Shown here piece after piece: positions 59,367 through 64,000 of a stretch of 64,000 nucleotides of DNA (the stretch's first letter is position 1; each line of letters starts with the position of its first letter). Source of the stretch: Candidatus Multivorans sp. (GTDB taxonomy: Bacteria > Acidobacteriota > Thermoanaerobaculia > Multivoradales > Multivoraceae); the NCBI GenBank assembly GCA_965247095.1, contig OZ251997.1, positions 2,208,001 through 2,272,000 of the forward strand. Reading direction: 5' to 3'. Both the position numbers and the translations under genes were made by a program. Under the pieces are notes generated by a model. It saw nothing but the letters and a program-made list of their open reading frames with translations, was not told where the DNA came from and did not search any database.

Positions 59367-61831
59367 GCAGCCGCCGACTGCTGCCGACCGTGTCCCTGAG
59401 CCTCGCCGGCATGGCCGTGGCCGCGGTCGCCGTCGCTCCGCCGCCCAATCTGCTCGACATGCACCCCCATGGCGGCCAGCAGGGGCGGGCACTACGGCTG
59501 GTGCTTGAGGGCTACGGGCTGCCGGGCGAGATGGAGATCGAGAGCACCCTGCCCGGTTCGTTCGCCCGCCTCGGCGAAGCCGCCGAAGAGGATCGGCTGC
59601 AGCGTCAGCGGCGGGCCAACGACCGCAACCTCGACGCCGCCATCCTGCTCGTCGAGATCGACGCCGATGCCGCTCCGGGCCTCTACCCCCTGCGCGTCGT
59701 CACCGAAGACGGCATCTCGAACGCCCTGCTGTTCCGGGTGGACACCCTGCCGGAAGTTTCCGAGCAAAGCCTGCGCGACAGCGGCGGCGCCAACGAGGCG
59801 CCGACGATCAAGCAACTGCCGGTCGTGATCAACGGCACGCTCGACGGAGCGGAGCGGGACCGCTACCGCTTTCGGGCACAGGCCGGCGAGCGCGTCGTCC
59901 TGGAAGTCGAGGCGCGCCGCGTGGGCTCGGCGCTCGATCCGGCGCTCCGGCTGCTCGACGCCGGCGGCGACGAGATCGCCTTCAACCAGGAAGCCCCCGG
60001 GATCGACGTGGACGCCCGTCTCGACTGGCAGGCGCCCGAAGGCGGCGGCGAGTTCGTGGTCGAAGTCCACGACGCGCGCTTCAGCGACCAGACCAGGAAC
60101 TTCTACCGCCTGAAGCTGATCGCCGCCTCGGAGTACGAGTACGCCGAGGCCCTGTTCCCGCTCGGCGCCCGGCGCGGCGAGGAGACCCGCTTCGAACTGT
60201 CGGGCGGCACGGTCGCGGCCACGCGCGAGATGACCCACACCGCCGGCACGGCAGGCGACCTCGACGTGGTCGGGCCGGTTCCCGGCGCCAAAGCAATGAG
60301 TTCCGCCCTGCCGTTCCCCGTCGTCGTCGGCAGCCGCCCGGAGGTCCGTGAGAGCGAGACGGACACAGCCAGGCCCTTGACGCTGCCCGTGGTCGTCAAC
60401 GGACGGCTCGACCTGCACGGCGAAGTGGACCGGTACAGGATCGCCGCCGAGCCGGGGAAGAAGCTGCTGATCGAGGTCCAGGGAGGCGCTCTGCGCTCCT
60501 CCGATCTGTTCGGCGTGCTGACCGTCACCACGCCGGACGGCGAGTACCTGGCATCGTCCGGCGACGAGATCCCCGACCCGGACACTTTCCGGCTGCTTTC
60601 GCCCACGGCCACGTCCTTCGACCCCTGGGTGGCAGTCGAGGCGCCGGAGGGCGTGGACACGCTGCACGTCACGGTCGAAGACCTGGTGGGCCGTGGCGGC
60701 CCCCGCTTCGGCTACCGGTTGACGGCCACCGGGAACGGCCCCGACTTCGAGCTGCGGCTCAGCACCGCCCAGATGTCGCTCAACGCCGGCGCCTCGAAGC
60801 CGATCCAGGTCGGAGCGGTTCGCCGCGGCTTCCTGGGCCCGATCCGCCTCTACGTGGTGGATCCCCCGGCCGGCATCGAGGCACGGGACGGATGGATCTC
60901 GGAGGAGGTCCGAGACCTCGACCGCCGATCGTTGTCGCGCTCGGGCCGGGTCATGGTCACCGCCGATCTCAAGGCGCCCCGCCAGCGCCTCGACCTGGAA
61001 GTCTGGGGTGAAGGCGTGCTCGAGAACGGCACCGTGATCCGCCGCCGGGCGAGCGTGCCCGGCAGCGTCACCGGCGTGCGGGCCGGCGACGGTCGCAGCT
61101 ACACGACCGAGGCCGAGCGGTCGTTCACCGCGCCCTGGTTGGAGAGCCGGCTTCCGGTCCTGCTCACCGGCCGGCCGGGACCGCGGCTGATCGGCATGCC
61201 GCCCGAGACGGTACGGCTGGTCAAGGGCATGCCGTTCGACTTCGGGTGGAAGTACGAAGCGCCGGCGGGGGAAGACGCCGAGATCGAACCGCCGATGGTC
61301 GTCACCGCCGTGATCGGCGGCGGCGAGTTCCGCGTCGAGACGACGGAGAAGACCGACTACGACAAGTCCGAGGGCAGCAAGCTGATCCGCAGCAGCGACG
61401 GCACCCGGCACGACCGCTACAGCGTGACTCTGACCGGCGAAGTCACCGTGGGCGGCCGGCCCGAGCGCCTCTACACGCCCGGCGTGACCCTGGAGGTCGT
61501 TCCCGGTTACCGGATCGAGGTCGACAAGGCGAGTGTCAAATCCGGCAAGAAGGGCGTCGTCGAGGGCGTCCTGCACCGCGAAGAGAGCTTCCAGCAACCG
61601 GTCGAACTGCGCGCCGACGCACTGCCCACCGGAGTCGTCTGCGACAGCACCGAGATCAAGCCCGAGGACGACGGCAAGTTCCGGATCTCCTGCGAGGCGT
61701 CGGAGGAGGTCGAAGCGGGGGACTACGATTTCCTGATCACGTCGTCGTCGTGGCTGGCCGGCGAGAGAGAAGGCCGCGCGGCGTACACGACAACGCCGGT
61801 CGAGGCACGAATCGAGGTGAAGGCCAGATGA
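59363..61831 (+). CDS. Secreted PPC (pre-peptidase C-terminal)-domain protein of planctomycete-type cluster
   Basis: PHGGQQG, GISN, two LPVV(I/V)NG.L....E.DRY repeats; GGAGGAG RBS, ATGA overlap. Confidence 0.82.
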   Translation: MSSRRLLPTVSLSLAGMAVAAVAVAPPPNLLDMHPHGGQQGRALRLVLEGYGLPGEMEIESTLPGSFARLGEAAEEDRLQRQRRANDRNLDAAILLVEIDADAAPGLYPLRVVTEDGISNALLFRVDTLPEVSEQSLRDSGGANEAPTIKQLPVVINGTLDGAERDRYRFRAQAGERVVLEVEARRVGSALDPALRLLDAGGDEIAFNQEAPGIDVDARLDWQAPEGGGEFVVEVHDARFSDQTRNFYRLKLIAASEYEYAEALFPLGARRGEETRFELSGGTVAATREMTHTAGTAGDLDVVGPVPGAKAMSSALPFPVVVGSRPEVRESETDTARPLTLPVVVNGRLDLHGEVDRYRIAAEPGKKLLIEVQGGALRSSDLFGVLTVTTPDGEYLASSGDEIPDPDTFRLLSPTATSFDPWVAVEAPEGVDTLHVTVEDLVGRGGPRFGYRLTATGNGPDFELRLSTAQMSLNAGASKPIQVGAVRRGFLGPIRLYVVDPPAGIEARDGWISEEVRDLDRRSLSRSGRVMVTADLKAPRQRLDLEVWGEGVLENGTVIRRRASVPGSVTGVRAGDGRSYTTEAERSFTAPWLESRLPVLLTGRPGPRLIGMPPETVRLVKGMPFDFGWKYEAPAGEDAEIEPPMVVTAVIGGGEFRVETTEKTDYDKSEGSKLIRSSDGTRHDRYSVTLTGEVTVGGRPERLYTPGVTLEVVPGYRIEVDKASVKSGKKGVVEGVLHREESFQQPVELRADALPTGVVCDSTEIKPEDDGKFRISCEASEEVEAGDYDFLITSSSWLAGEREGRAAYTTTPVEARIEVKAR

Positions 61832-64000
61832 CACGTCGTCCAGACTCCGGGTGCATGGGGGTTTCGTCCCGGATCCGTCCCTGGGAACCCGTGCGGCGCG
61901 TCCCCGCGCCACACGCGAACCACTCCGTGAGCCCGTCATCGGGCACACGGATGGCACGCGGGCGTCTCGCCCGCATCAAGCGCGACGCCGCGAAGCGGCG
62001 AGCCCGTACCGCCCTCCTGCTCATCGCCCTTGCCGCCACCACCCTCCCCGCCGCCGCCTCCGTCACCGAGCCCCCCGTCGAACTCCTCATCCAGCCGCCC
62101 GAACTCACCTTCGACAACAGTCGCGACGGCCGCAAGCTCCTCGTCATCGGCATTCTCGAAACCGGCGAACACATCGACCTCACCGCCGACGCCGACATCA
62201 CCACAGGCACCGCCCCAGCCCAACGCGGCGAAGACGGCTTCCTCACCCCCACCGGCGACGGCAACGGCTCGATCACCGTCCAGGCCGGCGGCCTGACCGC
62301 CACGGTCCCGGTCTCCGTCCACGCCACCGCGGCCGCCACGGCCGCCGCCGAACCGGTGACCTTCGTCCGCGACGTGCTGCCCGTGATGAACAAGGTCGGC
62401 TGCTCGCAGGGCACCTGCCACGGCGCCGCCAAGGGCAAGAACGGCTTCAAGCTCTCGCTTCGCGGCTATGACCCCGAGTTCGACTACCAATCCCTGCTCT
62501 ACGACATGTCGGGACGGCGCTTCAACCGCGCCGAGCCCGCCCGCTCCCTGATGCTCGCCAAACCGACCATGCAGGTCGCGCACGAGGGCGGCCAGCGGAT
62601 CGTCCACGGCTCGCGCTACTACAACCTGGTGCTCGACTGGATCTCCACCGGCGTCCCCTATGGCGACTCCAGCCTGGACCGGGTCGAGCGGCTCGAGATC
62701 CACCCCGGCGAGGTCTTCATGCACCGGCCCGCGATGCGGCAGCAGACCATCGTCATCGCCCACTACGGCGACGGCCGCAGTCGCGACGTGACCCGCGAAG
62801 CGCACGTAACCAGCAGCAACACGGAGACGATGGCGATCGAGGACAGCCCCTCCGGCCCGGTCGCCACAGGCCTGCGCCGGGGCGAGAGCACACTGCTCGT
62901 GCGCTACGAAGGCCAGTTCGTCACCGCGCCCGTCACCGTGCTCAGCGGCCGCGAGGGCTTCGAATGGACGGCATTGCCTCAGATCAACTACATCGACGAA
63001 CTGATCGACAGGAAGCTCCAGCGGATCGAGGTGCTGCCGTCGGGCCCGGCCGACGACGCCGCCTTCCTGCGCCGCGTGTCGCTCGATCTCACCGGCCGGA
63101 TCCCGACCTCCGAGGCGGTGCGCGCCTTCCTCGCCGACGACACGCCGACCCAGGAGAAGCGGAACCGCCTGATCGACGAACTCATCGACAGCGATGAGTA
63201 CGTCGACCACTGGACGCTCAAGTGGGGCGACCTCCTGCGCAGCAACCGGAAGTTCATGGGCTACAAGGGCATGCTCACCTTCCGCGGCTGGCTGCGCGAG
63301 GCGATCGAGGACAACCGGCCGTACGACGAGCTGGTGCATGAACTGATCGTCGCCAGCGGCAGCACCCTCGATGTGCCCGCCGCCAGCTACTTCCGCGCCG
63401 CCCGCGACCCGAAGGAGGCGATGGAGACCACGACCCAACTGTTCATGGGCGTGCGCATGGTCTGCGCCCAGTGCCACGACCACCCGTTCGAGCGCTGGAC
63501 CCAGAACCAGTACTTCGAGATGACGGCGTTCTTCGCGGGCCTCGGCGTCCGCCCGGGCTTCCGCACCGGCGAGGAAATCGTGTTCGAGAAGCGCCGCGAC
63601 GCCGAACAGTTGCACCCGAAGACGAACGCGGTGGTGCCGGCCAAGTACCTGGTGCCGGTCGAGGGCGCGCCGGAACCGGACCAGGGCCCAGGACGCCGGG
63701 CGGCGCTGGCCGACTGGCTGACCTCCCCGAACAACCCCTATTTCGCGCCGGCGATCGCGAACCGCGTGTGGAGCTACTTCATGGGCCGCGGCATCATCGA
63801 CCCGGTCGACGACATCCGCGCCTCGAACCAGCCAGTGAACGCCGAGCTGCTCAATGCGCTCACCGCCGACCTGATCGAGAACGACTTCGATCTGCGCCAC
63901 CTGATGCGGACGATCGCCACCTCCCGGGCGTACCAATCGTCCTTCCGCACCAACGAGTGGAACCAGGACGACCGGATCAACTTCTCCCACCACGAACCCC
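61828..64000 (+). CDS. DUF1549/DUF1553 protein with Ig-like domains, partial (runs off window end; absent from ORF track)
   Basis: Manual translation from ATG 61828: ..VTFVRDVLPVM..GCSQGTCHG..GFKLSL, NYIDELI..FLRRVSLDLTGRIP, CAQCHDHPF, NRVWSYFMGRGIIDPVDD. Confidence 0.88.
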   Translation, partial: MTRRPDSGCMGVSSRIRPWEPVRRVPAPHANHSVSPSSGTRMARGRLARIKRDAAKRRARTALLLIALAATTLPAAASVTEPPVELLIQPPELTFDNSRDGRKLLVIGILETGEHIDLTADADITTGTAPAQRGEDGFLTPTGDGNGSITVQAGGLTATVPVSVHATAAATAAAEPVTFVRDVLPVMNKVGCSQGTCHGAAKGKNGFKLSLRGYDPEFDYQSLLYDMSGRRFNRAEPARSLMLAKPTMQVAHEGGQRIVHGSRYYNLVLDWISTGVPYGDSSLDRVERLEIHPGEVFMHRPAMRQQTIVIAHYGDGRSRDVTREAHVTSSNTETMAIEDSPSGPVATGLRRGESTLLVRYEGQFVTAPVTVLSGREGFEWTALPQINYIDELIDRKLQRIEVLPSGPADDAAFLRRVSLDLTGRIPTSEAVRAFLADDTPTQEKRNRLIDELIDSDEYVDHWTLKWGDLLRSNRKFMGYKGMLTFRGWLREAIEDNRPYDELVHELIVASGSTLDVPAASYFRAARDPKEAMETTTQLFMGVRMVCAQCHDHPFERWTQNQYFEMTAFFAGLGVRPGFRTGEEIVFEKRRDAEQLHPKTNAVVPAKYLVPVEGAPEPDQGPGRRAALADWLTSPNNPYFAPAIANRVWSYFMGRGIIDPVDDIRASNQPVNAELLNALTADLIENDFDLRHLMRTIATSRAYQSSFRTNEWNQDDRINFSHHEP
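61880..62005 (+). repeat. Full-length composite REP-like element inside CDS 5' end
   Basis: CTGGGAACCCG..CGCGAACCA..CCGTCATCGGGCACACGGATGGCACGCGGGCGTCTCGCCCGCATC. Confidence 0.85.

Overview
GC-rich bacterial window, densely coding; no rRNA, tRNA or CRISPR array seen. Gene content suggests an Acidobacteriota (Thermoanaerobaculia-like), possibly host/sponge-associated genome (inference only): SwmB/cadherin/FN3 surface proteins, a recurrent 4-Cys 'WFF..N.E.LVKVL.GC..NG..W.F' domain, Tat oxidoreductases, sulfatases and a planctomycete-type PSCyt/DUF1501/WD40/PPC/DUF1549-1553 operon. Left to right: partial SwmB-repeat surface protein, 2-hydroxyacid dehydrogenase, acyl-CoA synthetase, three secreted proteins sharing one uncharacterised domain (one has an in-frame TGA, one is an alkaline phosphatase), icmF, a sugar/phosphodiester cluster, hicAB, tandem sulfatases, a K+ channel gene split by an IS3-family element, a chimeric junction scar, an atypical three-gene operon ending in a small ART/RES-like protein, a GMC dehydrogenase pair, vapBC, an orphan adenine MTase, transport/hydrolase genes and the cytochrome c operon. 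Most notable: (1) the tightly coupled three-gene module at 35214-37053, a candidate new toxin-antitoxin/defence system; (2) a REP-like palindromic family (8 copies), four of them apparently translated in frame inside signal-peptide n-regions; (3) an in-frame chimera of two distant genes at 34953-35121 resembling a tandem-duplication junction; (4) the portable 4-Cys domain behind Pro-Asp linkers. Family names come from motif recognition, not database searches.
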